Source: Balamuthia mandrillaris (taxonomy: Eukaryota). Taken from it: a stretch of DNA of 64,000 nt. Below, piece after piece: positions 48,731 through 61,170 of the stretch. The position numbers were made by a program, and so were the translations under genes. The stretch is taken from positions 1 to 64,000 of the forward strand of contig JAVKOQ020000064.1 of assembly GCA_031835245.2 (NCBI GenBank), given 5' to 3'. Every line of letters begins with the position of its first letter. Positions within the stretch are counted from its first letter, which is position 1. Below the pieces are notes generated by a model that was given only the letters and a program-made list of their open reading frames with translations, did no database searches and was not told the DNA's origin.

Positions 48731-49287
48731 CTTTTTTTGCCCTTCTTTTTTTTTGATGTTATTGTGAGAAACACAACTTAAAGGAGGAAAAAGGAGAGGA
48801 GAGGAAAGAGGAAAAAAAAAACAGACATAGACAAGGAGACGAAAATCATACCCAACAAAACCAAATCAATCAATCACCAAAAATCACAATCGGTTTGTGA
48901 TTTTGTTTGCTTGTTTTTTTTTTAACTCAAAACCCAAACCCGCATAGACACACACCAGATGTCTTTCTTCTGAGGTTTGCCTCCCTCCCACCTCTTTTGC
49001 CAAGAGTATGCCCAACAGTTGCAAGGCGGTCGGCGCACCGCCCTTTTTTCTTTCTTTCTCTGCAGCTTTTTGTTTTTCGGTGCATTCATTTAGACGCTAT
49101 TTGTGTCGACGCCACATTTTTTGATTTTATCCGAAATTTTTTGGGGGCAATTATCGGTCGTCAGATGATCGGGCACATGGCGTTTCGCGTCAGTAAAGTC
49201 TTAATTATTTGTCGACAAAATTAGAAATTTTCCCCAAAAATATCAATAATCTATCATACACCTGACGTCACCTCCTCCAAGCCCACG

Positions 49288-51370
49288 TCATCCTGGGTGG
49301 CGATGAGGGCGCAGCGGGGAGGAGGAGGCGTCTTCGTGAGGATGATGGCCCTCCTCCGGTTGATCCTCTGGAGCTGCGCCTTCGGGTGCCATTCCATGGG
49401 CTTCGCTCCCACCAGCGTGGCCCTCACCTTCTTCTAATGTGGCATGATGTTGTGGCGGTTGCTGCAGATCAGACATTAGCTCCTGTTCAAGCTGCTGATG
49501 GGAGTGGTGGTGGGGATGGGAGTGGCTATGGAGGTGCGGATTCAGGTCGTGCGAATAGGCAGCTGCGCTCTCTTCCGTGGGAGCTTGCACTTCATGAAGT
49601 TGCTCCTGTTGTTGTTGATGATAAGGTTGGTGGTGATGGTGAGGAGCAAGATGGTCAGGAGAGGCTGATGAGGATAAGGAAGTAGCGGACGAAGAGGCGA
49701 ATGCGGAGGAAGTCATGATCTGAAGATGCTCTGAAGAGAGAGGATGTTCTTGCATGTTGTTGTCCAGCTGCTGATGTTGTTCATGCAACAATTCTTGTTG
49801 GTGTAGCCGCTGCTGAGATTGCTGTTGTTGTACAGGCAACGAAGAGGGAGATGGGTGATGGTGGTGATGGATGTGAGTGTGCTGAAGAGGATGAGAAGGT
49901 AGCTGCTGAACAAACAGATTTGTTGTTTGTTGGATGGGTTGTTGCTGATGCTGAAGTTGTTGTGATAAATGTTGTGGCGAGTGCTGTTGTTGCTGCTGTT
50001 GTGGATGAGCGATGAGTCGACTGTTCTGATTGTGAAATGCTGAGGAAGAAGCAGAGGTGGAAGTTGAAGAGGTTTGAGCGTGATGTGGTTGTTGTTGCTG
50101 TTGCAATTGATGATGGTGATGAGCTACCATATGTTGCTGCATCACTCTGTCCACATCCTCGATCATCGATAGACCCAGCGTCATGTTCATGTTGGCCAAG
50201 CTCATGTTCATGGTAGGTACCAAGTTTCCCAAATTGCCGAGCGTGGTCAGCGGTCCGATGGGATGAGCAGAAGCCATTCCATGGTGCAACGCCGAGATGG
50301 CGTGATGAGAATGGTGCGTATGACCAAGATGATGATGATGATGAGAGGCAGATACACTGGCGTTGTTATTGCTGCTGCTCGGCCCAGCTCCGCTGAGCGC
50401 ATCTAACGTGCTGAGCAAGGGTCCATCGATGCCGTCATCCAAAGCAGCGTTGGTGTCCTCTACCTCTTCCTCCTCTTCCTCAGGAAGATGGTGATGGTGG
50501 TGCGGATGGTGGTGTTGATGAGAGTCAGCAGCAGTAATGGCTTGATGCTGTTGGTGATGAAGAGCTTGTTGAGCGGCGTTCTTGGCCTTGGCGAGAGGGC
50601 GGAAGGGGAAGAGGTTTGCCTATGCCGTACTTCTTCATATGCTTCTTGGCACGAAAGATCTGGTTCTCGTTGACCTCGAACTTGTACTTCTTGTTGAGGA
50701 CCTCTTTGGTCATGCCGGGCACGCACACGGCCAAGGAGAGCCATTGAGACTTCTCACGCACGCCAGAGTTCTTCCAGTTGTCCCGTATAGCCGTCATGAG
50801 AGGCTTCCACTTCTTCCATTCTTTCTTCACCACTCTCTGTTTCATACAGAAAAACGGTAAGAAGAAAGGAGGAGGAGGAGTAGAAGAAGAAGAAGAAGAA
50901 GAAGAAGAAGAAGAAGAAGAAGAAGAAGAAGAAGCAAAAGAAGAATTGGAAGGAAGAAGAACGAGAAGAAGAAGAAGAACAAGAAGAACAAGAAGAACAA
51001 GAAGAAGAACACGAAGAAGAAAGAACGCAACAACAACAACAAGAGAGCGAAGGGTCAGGATAAAAGAAGGGTCTCAAAAGAGAAAGCGACGGCGCTAAGC
51101 AACAGAGCAGAGAATAGAGAGAAAAAACTGGCGACGAGCGAAAGCAATGGAAAAGCATGACAGCAGCGTCGCCGCATGACGTGGAATAAGAGGAGGAGCA
51201 GCGGTGGTGGTGGAGCTAACCTTTTTGATGGGCTTGCCCCAGCGGGTGTTGAGGAGGTGCATCATGAACCGGTTGACATCGTCGCCCGATTTTTCCTTGA
51301 TGAACTTCTTGGTAGCGGCCAGCGCCGCCCTTTGCTGCCCTCCCTTTTGGCTGCGAAAGCGTTGCGGCAT
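49288..51370 (-). CDS. Basic helical domain + His/Gln-rich tail, putative transcription factor
   Basis: Exon 51370-51221 splices to 50836 in frame (KPIKK|RVVKKEW). A one-base shift at 50605-50608 joins it to the long H/Q-rich ORF. Confidence 0.55.
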
Positions 51371-51598
51371 GGGACGGGGGACGGGTCACCTTTCCATATT
51401 TTTTGCGTATGCAAAAGACCGGATCGGGAACAAGGGCCAAAATCAAAAAAAAAAAAAATAGAAAAAAAAAGTGATGAATTAAAAACAAATCAACAAATCA
51501 ACAATCGATTCGAATTCAAATCACACTTACAAAAAAAAAGCAAAAGAAGAAGAAAAGCGGACGGAATCAATCAAACCAAACAATCACAACACAACACA

Positions 51599-51651
<53 letters not shown>

Positions 51652-52050
51652 TCAATCTCAACGAAGAGACGCACACCGAAAAAAATAAAAAAACAGCGCG
51701 GTAGTACCGTTATTGCTTGCCCTTGGGGGGAGGAGTGTCCGTCCTGGTGGGCGCTGCTGCGGTTCCCCCTTTTCTTCGTTGGACAAACGGGGAAGCGGAA
51801 AAACCGCCACCAAAAAAAAAGGGGGGTGCATTAACCATGTCGACATGGAATAGAAACCTGAAAAAAAGGTGCTCGGAATGTGCTGTAAATGATGTCACAT
51901 TGTTTTTTTTTTCTGGGTTCATGGCTCCGTACTTTTTCAGGTGGAAATGTGTCCACACGGCAAAGCGGGACGATTCGCTTGGTGGAATTAGACAAAATTG
52001 CGTCAAAAAAAATAAATAAAAAAAAGACAAAGGAAGAAAGGAAAAGAAAG

Positions 52051-54318
52051 ATGGACGTGCAAGAATACGACGGGGAGGCCCAGGATGACCTACGGAAGAA
52101 AGAGATCTACACGTACACCGCCCCTTGGCTCGTTTATGGCATGAACTGGTCGGTGCGACCCGATCAAAAGTTCAGGCTGGCCATCGGCTCCTTCTTGGAG
52201 GACTACACCAACAAAGGTTTTTTATTTATTTACTTTTTCGACAAAACAAACCCCAACGATTCGAATGCGGGCGACAATCGAATCTCTTTCCTTAACTTGC
52301 CCTCCTCGCTCATGCATCCCCCTCTCACACTGAAAAACACAAAAATGCGCAGTGCAAATCGTGCAACTCAATGAAGAGACAGGAGAGTTCACTCCCAGGG
52401 GCGAGTTCCAGCACCCTTACCCCACCACCAAGATCATGTGGGTGCCGGACAGCACTGGCACGCTGAGCGACCTTGTGGGCACCACCGGAGACTACATGCG
52501 GATCTGGCAGGTTGCGCCTGAGGGCGACGTGCAACTCAAATGCCTTCTCAACAACGTAAGTATTTCTCTGTATGCTTTTCTTTTTTTTTCCTGTTCTGCT
52601 CTCGTTTGTTTCCTTCTCGCTTCGTTTTGCTCCTTCCATACTCTCGTTTCTGGGATTGTTTTCCGTTCTTGCTTCTCTTGTCTCCCTCTTTCTCTTTCTT
52701 TCTCTGTCTCTGTCTCTGTCTCTGTCTCTGTCTCTGTCTCTGTCTCTGTCTCTGTCTCTGTCTCTGTCTCTGTCTCTGTCTCTGTCTCTGTCTCTGTCTC
52801 TGTCTCTGTCTCTGTCTCTGTCTCTGTCTCTGTCTCTGTCTCTGTCTCTTCTCTGTCTCTGTCTCTGTCTCTGTCTCTGTCTCTGTCTCTGTCTCTGTCT
52901 CTGTCTCTGTCTCTGTCTCTGTCTCTGTCTCTGTCTCTGTCTCTGTCTCTGTCTCTGTCTCTGTCTCTGTCTCTGTCTCTGTCTCTGTCTCTGTCTCTGT
53001 CTCTGTCTTTGTCTCTGTCTCTGTCTCTGTCTCTGTCTCTGTCTCTGTCTTTGTCTCTGTCTCTGTCTCTGTCTCTGTCTCTGTCTCTGTCTCTGTCTCT
53101 GTCTCTGTCTCTGTCTCTGTCTCTGTCTCTGTCTCTGTCTCTGTCTCTGTCTCTGTCTCTCCGGATTCTTGTTCTTCTTCTTCTTCTTCTTGTTCTTCTT
53201 GTTCTTCTTGTTCTTCTTGTTCTTCTTCTTGTTCTTCTTGTTCTTCTTCTTGTTCTTCTTGTTCTTGTTCTTCTTCTTCTTCTTGTTCTTCTTCTTGTTC
53301 TTCTTGTTCTTGTTCTTCTTCTTCTTGTTCTTCTTGTTCTTGTTCTTCTTCTTCTTGTTCTTCTTCTTCTTCTTCTTCTTCTTCTTCTTCTTCTTCTTCT
53401 TCTTCTTCTTCTTCTTCCAAAACTTGTTATTATTTGGAGGCATACTAAACTTGTTGCATTAGACGAAAAACTCAGAATTTTGTGCTCCGCTAACATCGTT
53501 CGACTGGAATGTAACGGATCCAAACATCATTGGCACATCTAGTATTGACACAACTTGTACTATTTGGGATATAGAAGTATTTTCTCTCTCTCTCTCTCTC
53601 TCTCACTCTCACTCTCTCTCATGCTTTCGTTTTTTGTTTGCCTTTGTTTTCTGGCTCACTATTTTACTTACAAAACTTTGCAGAAACAAACGGCACTCAC
53701 ACAACTGATTGCTCACGACAAGGAGGTGTACGATATTGCATTTGCCAGAGGAACCGAACTGTTTGCCTCTGTTGGGGCTGATGGCTCGGTTCGCATGTTC
53801 GATCTGAGGTAAAATTATTTTCTTGTTCTTCATCTTTTATCTTTTGTTTCTTACGCACTTTCTCCAACAAAAGGAACTTGGAACACTCTACCATCATCTA
53901 CGAAAGTCCAGACATGTCACCACTTTTGCGGCTATGTTGGAACAAACAAGATGACTACTATCTTGCCACTATGTCAATGGATAGCCCCAAAGCTATTATT
54001 CTTGATATTCGGTCGGTATTCTTCTAACTTTTTTGGCTTGTTTTTACTTCCTCTTCCTGCTGCCTTCTTCATTTTTCCTTCCTTCTGCCTTCTCCCTTTC
54101 TTCCATTCTTCCATTTCCTTCTTCTTTCTTCATTTTAACATATAAAAAAATAGGGTACCATCGCTGCCAGCAGCTGAGTTGGTTGGTCACAACACTTGTA
54201 TCAACTCGTTGGCGTGGGCGCCACATTCATCCTGCCATCTGGCCACCGCTGGTGACGACAAGGCAGCTCTCATTTGGGACTTGTCTTCTATGCCTAAGCC
54301 CATTGATGGTAATACTTT

Positions 54319-54353
<35 letters not shown>

Positions 54354-54538
54354 GAAAACAAACAAAAGAGAACAGAGAGGAAAATGAGTAAGTCTAACTG
54401 TTCGTTCTATCAATAATAATAGATCCAATACTTGCCTACAATGCGGATGGCGAAATCAACCAGCTGCAATGGTCCTCAGCCCAACCGGACTGGATCGCCA
54501 TTGCCTATCACTCCAATTTGCAAATACTTCGAGTTTAA
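52051..54538 (+). CDS. DCAF7: DCAF7/WDR68 (AN11/TTG1-like) WD40 protein
   Basis: [96 protein letters not shown]. Confidence 0.97.
52700..53417 (+). repeat. (TCTCTG)n followed by (TTC/TTG)n in DCAF7 intron 2
   Basis: About 720 bp compound microsatellite. Confidence 0.95.
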
Positions 54539-54759
54539 TTCACACTCAATTCCTTTAACCTTTTGTTTTCTTGCATCGTTCCTGTCGCGCACATTCTCTC
54601 CTCTCTCTTTTTTCTTCTCTCTTCTCTCTTCTCTCTTCTCTCTTCTCTCTTCTCTCTTCTCTCTTCTCTCTTCTCTCTTCTCGCTTCTCTCAACCAAGCA
54701 GTTTATTGGAACTTCACCAAAGCAAAAACACAACGAAAGAAAGAAATACAAAGAAAGAA

Positions 54760-56528
54760 CTACTTGGTTGTAACGGAACAGCCGGCAAGGGGCCGGTTGT
54801 AGCAACTCTGGCAGCAACACAACAACTCCCACCACATGTCTGTTTCGCTGTCCCAAAACCTTCTCATGATTTGCCTTGCTTGCCCTCTTCCTTCCTCCTC
54901 GGCTTCTTCCTCTAAAAACAGCTGTTCACAAACATCACATCTGCTCTGCAACCTTTCCATTCGTTCCTTCACTTCCTCTGGCAGCAGCACCCCTGCTTTC
55001 GCAACCTCCACGCTTTCTTCCTCTTCTGGTTGATCTTCCTTTGTACCATTCTGTTCCTGCTCCTCGTCGAGCAGAGAAGAAGAAGAAGAAACAAGCCAAG
55101 CAAAGGGAAGGTCTGGAACAGGAGTCAGCAGGCCAGTTGGTAAAAGCTGGTTCCTCAGCACTGCCTCTCCACTCAAGTGCCACAAACTTTTCACTGTGGC
55201 GTGCTTCATTCTCGTGGGCGGTGGTTTGTTGTTGGATTTCGCTCTTTTCTTTTCCTCCTCCTCCTCTTGCTCTTCATCACTCTCTTCCATTTCTTTAAGA
55301 AGCTCTTCTTGCTGAAGACAGGGCTTAAGGGAACGCTTTTCTGGAAGAAGACGAACCATATAGCAGGGCAGTGCTTCCAATGGGTTACCACCCAGCTCGC
55401 AAAAAAAAATTGTGGGCAGCATTGCAACCGCTCTCGGCAAGGAGGTCAGCTGGTTGTTGCTGAGGTCGCACTCAGTAAGAGCGGAGAGCTGGCCAAACTC
55501 TCTCGGCAAGGAGGTCAGCTGGTTGCCAGAGAGGTCGCACTCGGAGAGGGCGCGAAGCTGGCCAAACTCAGAGGGCAAGGAGGTCAGCTGGTTGTAGGAG
55601 AGGTCGCAGGTGGTGAGGGCGCGGAGCTGGCCAAACTCCCTCGGCAAGGAGCTCAGCTGGTTGCAGGAGAGGTGGCACTCAGTGAGAGCGGAGAGCTGGC
55701 CAAACTCCCTCGGCAAGGAGCTCAGCTGGTTGCAGGAGAGGTCGCAGTGGGTGAGAGCGCGGAGCTGGCCAAACTCCTTTGGCAAGGAGGTCAGCTGGTT
55801 GTGGTTGAGGTTGCAGGCAGGGAGAGCGCGGAGCTGGCCAAACTCAGAGGGCAAGGAGCCCAACTGGTTGTCGCTGAGGTTGCAGGCAGGGAGAGCGGTG
55901 AGCTGGCCAAACTCAGAGGGCAAGGAGCCCAACTGGTTGTCAGAGAGGTCGCAGTGGGTGAGGGCAGTCAGCCGGCCAATCTCCCTCGGCAAGGAGCTCA
56001 GCCTGTTGTGAGAGAGGGAGCAGCGGGTGAGAGAGGTGAGCTGGGCAAACTCCCTCGGCAAGGAGGTCAGCTTGTTGTTGGAGAGATAGCAGCGTTTGAG
56101 AGCACGGAGCTGGCCAAACTCCCTCGGTAAGGAGCGCAGCTTGTTGTTGCTGAGGTCGCAGCGTTCGAGAGCGGTCAGCCGACCAAACTCTCTCGGCAAG
56201 GAGGTTAGCTTATTGCAGCCGAGCTTGCAGTTCCAGGGAGAGCGGTGAGCCGGCCAAACTCTCGCGGCAAGGCGGTCAGCTTGTTTTCGCGAAGGTTGAA
56301 GCGGGTGAGAGAGGTGAGCTGGCCAAACTCCCTCGGCAAGTCGGTCAGCCTGTTGTAGTTGAGGTGGCAGTCAGTGAGAGCGGTCCGCCGGCCAAACTCG
56401 CTCTACAAGGAGGTCCATCCTTTGTCTGAAAACTCGCCCACAGTCGACTGATCAACGGGGCAGAGCAGGGAGGAAAGGGCTCGGTATGCCTCCTCCTTAT
56501 TGTACGTGGGCGGATGAGGCCACTCCAT
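54760..56528 (-). pseudogene. LRR + BC-box + Zn-finger gene, copy 3 (about 14 repeats) with early TAG and frameshift
   Basis: ATG at 56528 (MEWPHPPTYNKEEAYRALSSLL), in-frame TAG near 56404, frameshift near 56235, then an intact 479-aa ORF at 56199-54760. Confidence 0.7.
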
Positions 56529-56782
56529 GTTCCTTGTCTTGCGCAGAACCAAAAAAATAATTTGAAATAAGGAAAGTGGCTTTGTAACAAATTACCATAT
56601 AAAGAAAATTGTTGCAGACACATTTCCAAATAAGGTGAAAATGTGAATTATTCGAGGAATTTTTCAGAAGACAAAATTTTGAACAAATTTGCGCGATAAT
56701 TTTCTAATCGTCCCAAAAATTCAATAATCCAAATTTTTTCCGATTTCTTTGCAAAAAATATTTGGAAGAAAAAACACACACG

Positions 56783-57218
56783 ATGAAGCGAGTGGCGGCA
56801 GCGCAGGTCAAGCAAGCCAAAGGGGTGCTGCCCTTCTACCTGGGCTGCAAGCCGGTGACCAAGCCCGCCTCCTCCGTGGTTGGAGTGTTGGACAAGTACA
56901 CCAATGAGGTTTGTGTTTTTCTTCTTTCTTGTAAAAAGACATCGATCGAGGGAGTTTGCTCGATTACTGACACATGGTTTATTTTTTTTGGGTATGGTTT
57001 GTGTGCACACAGGTCACGTATGAGGTGTCGCTGGCCAGCAAATCGGACATTGCGGAGGGCATCAAGCTGGCCGCTGCTGCTGAACCTGCCATGAAGGTTA
57101 AGTTTATTTTTTTTTTTGCTGTTTTTTTTTGCATTTTTTTGTGCGTTTTTTTTGTTCTTTTCTTTGTTCTATTTTTCTCTCTTTTTTATTTTTCTTTTCT
57201 TTTTCTTTTTCTTTTCTT

Positions 57219-57249
<31 letters not shown>

Positions 57250-58774
57250 CTCTTTTTTTTCTTTTCTTTTCTTTTCTTTATTCTTTATTCTTTTCTTTTC
57301 TTTTTCTTTTTCTTTTCTTTTTTTTCTTTTCTTTTCTTTTCTTTTTTTCTCTTTTTTTTCTTTTCTTTTCTTTTTTCTCTTTTCTTTTCTTTTCTTTTCT
57401 TTTCTTTTCTTTCTTTTCTTTTCTTTTCTTTTCTTTTCGTTCTTCTTTTTTTAAAACTTTGTTTTGTTTTTTGTATTTTTAGTCCATGAAACACTATGAA
57501 AGAAAAGAAGTTCTGCTGGGCATAGCCAACGACCTCCTCAAGCGCCAGGACGAGTTCATCTACACGCTGTGCGTGGAGGCCGGCAAGCCCGTCCGCGACG
57601 CCCGCGTGGAGCTCAACCGTGCCGTCGACACGTTCACCGCGGCGGCGGAGGAGAGCGTGCGTCTGCATGGCGAGCACTTGCCGCTGGATATCTCCTCCAG
57701 GAACGTTGGCTTTGCGGGCATAGTAAGACGCTTCCCAGTGGGACTGGTCTCGATGGTTGCGCCGTTTAACTTTCCTCTTAATCTTGTGGTATGGTTTTAT
57801 ATTTCCTGCTTGCTTCCTCCTCTTGCTTCCTTGTTTGTTGTTTTCTTTCTCTTTCTTCCTCTCTCCTTTCTCTTTTCTTCTTACAACAAAAAACATACAC
57901 ATCCATAAGGCGCATAAAGTTGCTCCAGCGATAGCTGCGGGCTGCCCATTCGTATTGAAGCCATCAGACAAGACACCTGTCTCTTCTTTGCTGTTGGCAG
58001 AGTCTTTGAGCAAAGCAGCTCTGCCTGCTGGCTCTTTCTCTGTTCTTCCATGCTCGCATGAGGACGCCTCTCTCTTTAGCGAAGATGAACGCATCAAGGT
58101 TCTCTATCCACTTTGGTTTCGTTCTTCTATTCATTTATGCTTTCTCCTATGTTCTTCCTTCCTCCTTCCTTTATCTCATTTTTACTTTCTTTGCTTAAAA
58201 AATAGGTTTTAACATTCACAGGAAGCGAGACAGTCGGTTGGAAGCTGCACGCCAACGCCAAACGCAAGAAAGTAGTGCTCGAGCTCGGCGGCAACGCCCC
58301 TTGCATCTGTGACGAGACGGCAGTGCGCAGCCCGGAGGACTTGGAGCGCATCGCCAACAGGTAACAACCCTCGTTCTTTTTTGGCCATAGCGAGAGGCCA
58401 GTCGTAACGGATGACAACGTTATACAGAATCGCCTTTGGTGCATTCTACTATGCCGGTCAGAGCTGCATCTCGGTACAGAGGATCTATGCTCATGAGAGC
58501 ATTTATGAGGCGTTGAAGGAGAAGCTCGTGAAGCATGCCCATTCCTATTCTGCTCAAAGAGGTTCCATTTTTCTCGTAACTTTTTGTTTGTCCTTTCTGT
58601 CTTCTCTAACTGTTTAAACAGGTGACCCAATGAAGGAAGAAACGTTTTTGGGTCCGTTGATCGGCGAGAAGGACGCACAGCGGGTTGAGTCATGGGTCAA
58701 CGAGGCTGTTGAAAAAGGAGCCAAAGTCCTCGTCGGTGGCAAACGCGATGGATCCTTTTATGGTCAACTACTCT

Positions 58775-58813
<39 letters not shown>

Positions 58814-59456
58814 TTTGTATATTTCAAGATGGATATTAACTTTTCATTTCTCTTCATCTTTTGCCTTTTATAAATAATGTAGACTGCACTGTGGTGGAGA
58901 ATGTTGCTCCAGATGTAAATCTTTCCTGCCAAGAAGTATTCGGGTAAGCATAAACCATTCTCTTCTTTTTTGAACTTTTTCTAACTGCTTTCACAAAAAC
59001 AAAACAAGACCTGTTTGCACAATAGAAAAGTTTACGGACTTTAAGGCATTAGTGCAACACATCAACAAGTCTCGTTTCGGATTGCAGGCTGGTGTCTTCA
59101 CCAAAGACATCCACAGGGCATTCTACGCCTATGAAAACCTGCAAATGGGAGGCGTTGTCATCAACGACATTCCTTCCTCTCGTGTCGATACACAACCGGT
59201 ACGTTTATTGACGTTGTTTCTGATCGGAGAGGAGCAAAGAAACGAAGAGATAGAAAAAATCAGAACAAGAGAGAGGAGAGCGAGAGAGAAACAACTGGTA
59301 ATCCTCTATCGTACTTTATCTCATGTATCTCTTTTTGAACACTTAAAGTATGGCGGCGTGAAAGCAAGCGGAACAGGAAGGGAAGGCATTCGTTACTCCA
59401 TCGAAGACTACACAGAAATGAAAATAATGCTCATGAAAGATGTTGGCCAACTCTAA
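56783..59456 (+). CDS. Aldehyde dehydrogenase, ALDH21-like
   Basis: APFNFPLNLV|AHKVAPAIAAG, FTGS, VLELGGNAP, FYYAGQSCISVQRI (catalytic Cys), QEVFG|PV, GGVVINDIPSSRVDTQP|YGGVKASGTGREG. Confidence 0.92.
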
Positions 59457-59480
59457 ACAACCAAATTGGAGATAACATTC

Positions 59481-61120
59481 TTATTTAGCATTACTTTTCA
59501 CACGCGGTTCCCGCTGTAGGGAGAGTTCGTAGAGCTGCTTGTCCTTGAGGACGGGCAGCTTGGTGAGGAACGTCTTGACCGGCTCCACCTCCTCAAAATT
59601 GTACTTGTTGGCCTGGTACTGCTGCACCTCCTGGATGACTCGATAGACCAGCTGCCGCTTGGAGAAGTTGATGAGGCCGTCCAACGTGTCCGGATTGCCG
59701 TCCTCTATGAAGGTCAAGTCCGTCAGGTAGACCCCTCTGTTTTGGTTTTCAACAGGTTTTAGAAGAGAGAACAGGGAAGAGAGAGGAGAGAGGAGAGAGA
59801 AGGAAGAGAGTGAAAAGGAAGAGAGTTGGAAGAGGGATGGAAGAGAGTGAGAGAGAGAGAGAGAAGGAAGAGCGAGAAAAAAAAGAGAGAATAGAGTACA
59901 CGTAAGGAAGACAAGGAGGAGTGGCCTCGTGAAGAGCTTCTCGATAGGTCTTGAAGGAGCTTTGAGGGTGCATTGTTTCCTCAAATCGTTTAAAGTTCTG
60001 TTTGTTTGGTTGTTGGTACTAGGAAAGGAAAGAGAGAGAGAGTGAGGGAGAGAAGAGAGAGGCACTCACTTGCATGGCTTTCTTGGAGATATCTTTCTGG
60101 TTGGCTTTGAGACGGCTGATAGAGGAGGTGTTAAGACCAGCGATGATTCCCATCGCTGTGTTGAAGTTATTCATTTTCAGCAATATCTGTCGTGTTACAA
60201 GAAGAGAATAACATCAGCACAGAAGAGGAACAAAAAGAAGAGCCAAGGAAGAGAGAGAAAGAGGGTCAGAAGAGGGGAACGTACTTCACAAAGGTTGATA
60301 AACTTTTCGGTGACCTTGCGTCGGTCCTTGCCTTTCTCTTGGAAGAGAATGGTGGTGGCCACCCAAAAGCTGACGCTGTTGGCCCTGTTGATCATGGCCA
60401 ACACGTTCGGCGCTCGGTACTTGAGCTTCTTGCTGTTCCAGGACTGGTTCAGCAGTTCGGATGGCTGCAATGTTTCAAGAGAGAAAGAAAGAGCACAAGA
60501 GAGAGATAAGCTTCAATGAATAGAAAAGAAAGAGAAAGAAGGCTAGAACGACGGTACTTCGATGGCTGCGTAAAGCTCAAAGTCGATCAACGTGAGCTGC
60601 TTGGCGATGTCCAGCTCGGGTGTGTTGAGGAAGATGCTGACGATGGTGGTGTCCGGGGTCTTGAGTTCCTGCGGTGGGCTGAACATCGCATTCTTTCGGC
60701 TCACTCGCTCTTGTATCTAGTTGGGAGCATGTCAGCGAACGCACATACATTCAGTCAAGAAGAAAGCAAAACGCAATGGTCGCAAACCTTTTGGTCTATC
60801 TCTTTTTTCAACATCTGAGCGAGCTCGGTGTAGCCATCGTTCTTCAGGGTCTCCTCCACAAAGTCGTAGACGCGCACGGTGAGGTCCTCGTCCAGGTCGT
60901 AAAACTGTTTGCTCACCCAATACTTGAGCACCACGGAGACTCGCAGCCGGATGGCTTGTTTGGTCTTCATGTCGAGGTGTTGTGGAACGGAGTATCTGTT
61001 TCAACGAAGAAAGAAGAAAGAGGTAAGAAGAAAGAAGAAAGAAGAACAAAGGATAGAAAAAAACAATAAGAATGAGCACAGCAAGGAGCATGAGAAACGA
61101 AGAAAAAGATAGAGAAATGG

Positions 61121-61170
<50 letters not shown>

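Noticed and set aside
55430..56400. CRISPR-like array (constant repeat + variable spacer)
   Set aside because: Period is 69 bp and in frame, encoding LRRs; the variable parts are homologous to each other; eukaryotic context with no cas genes.
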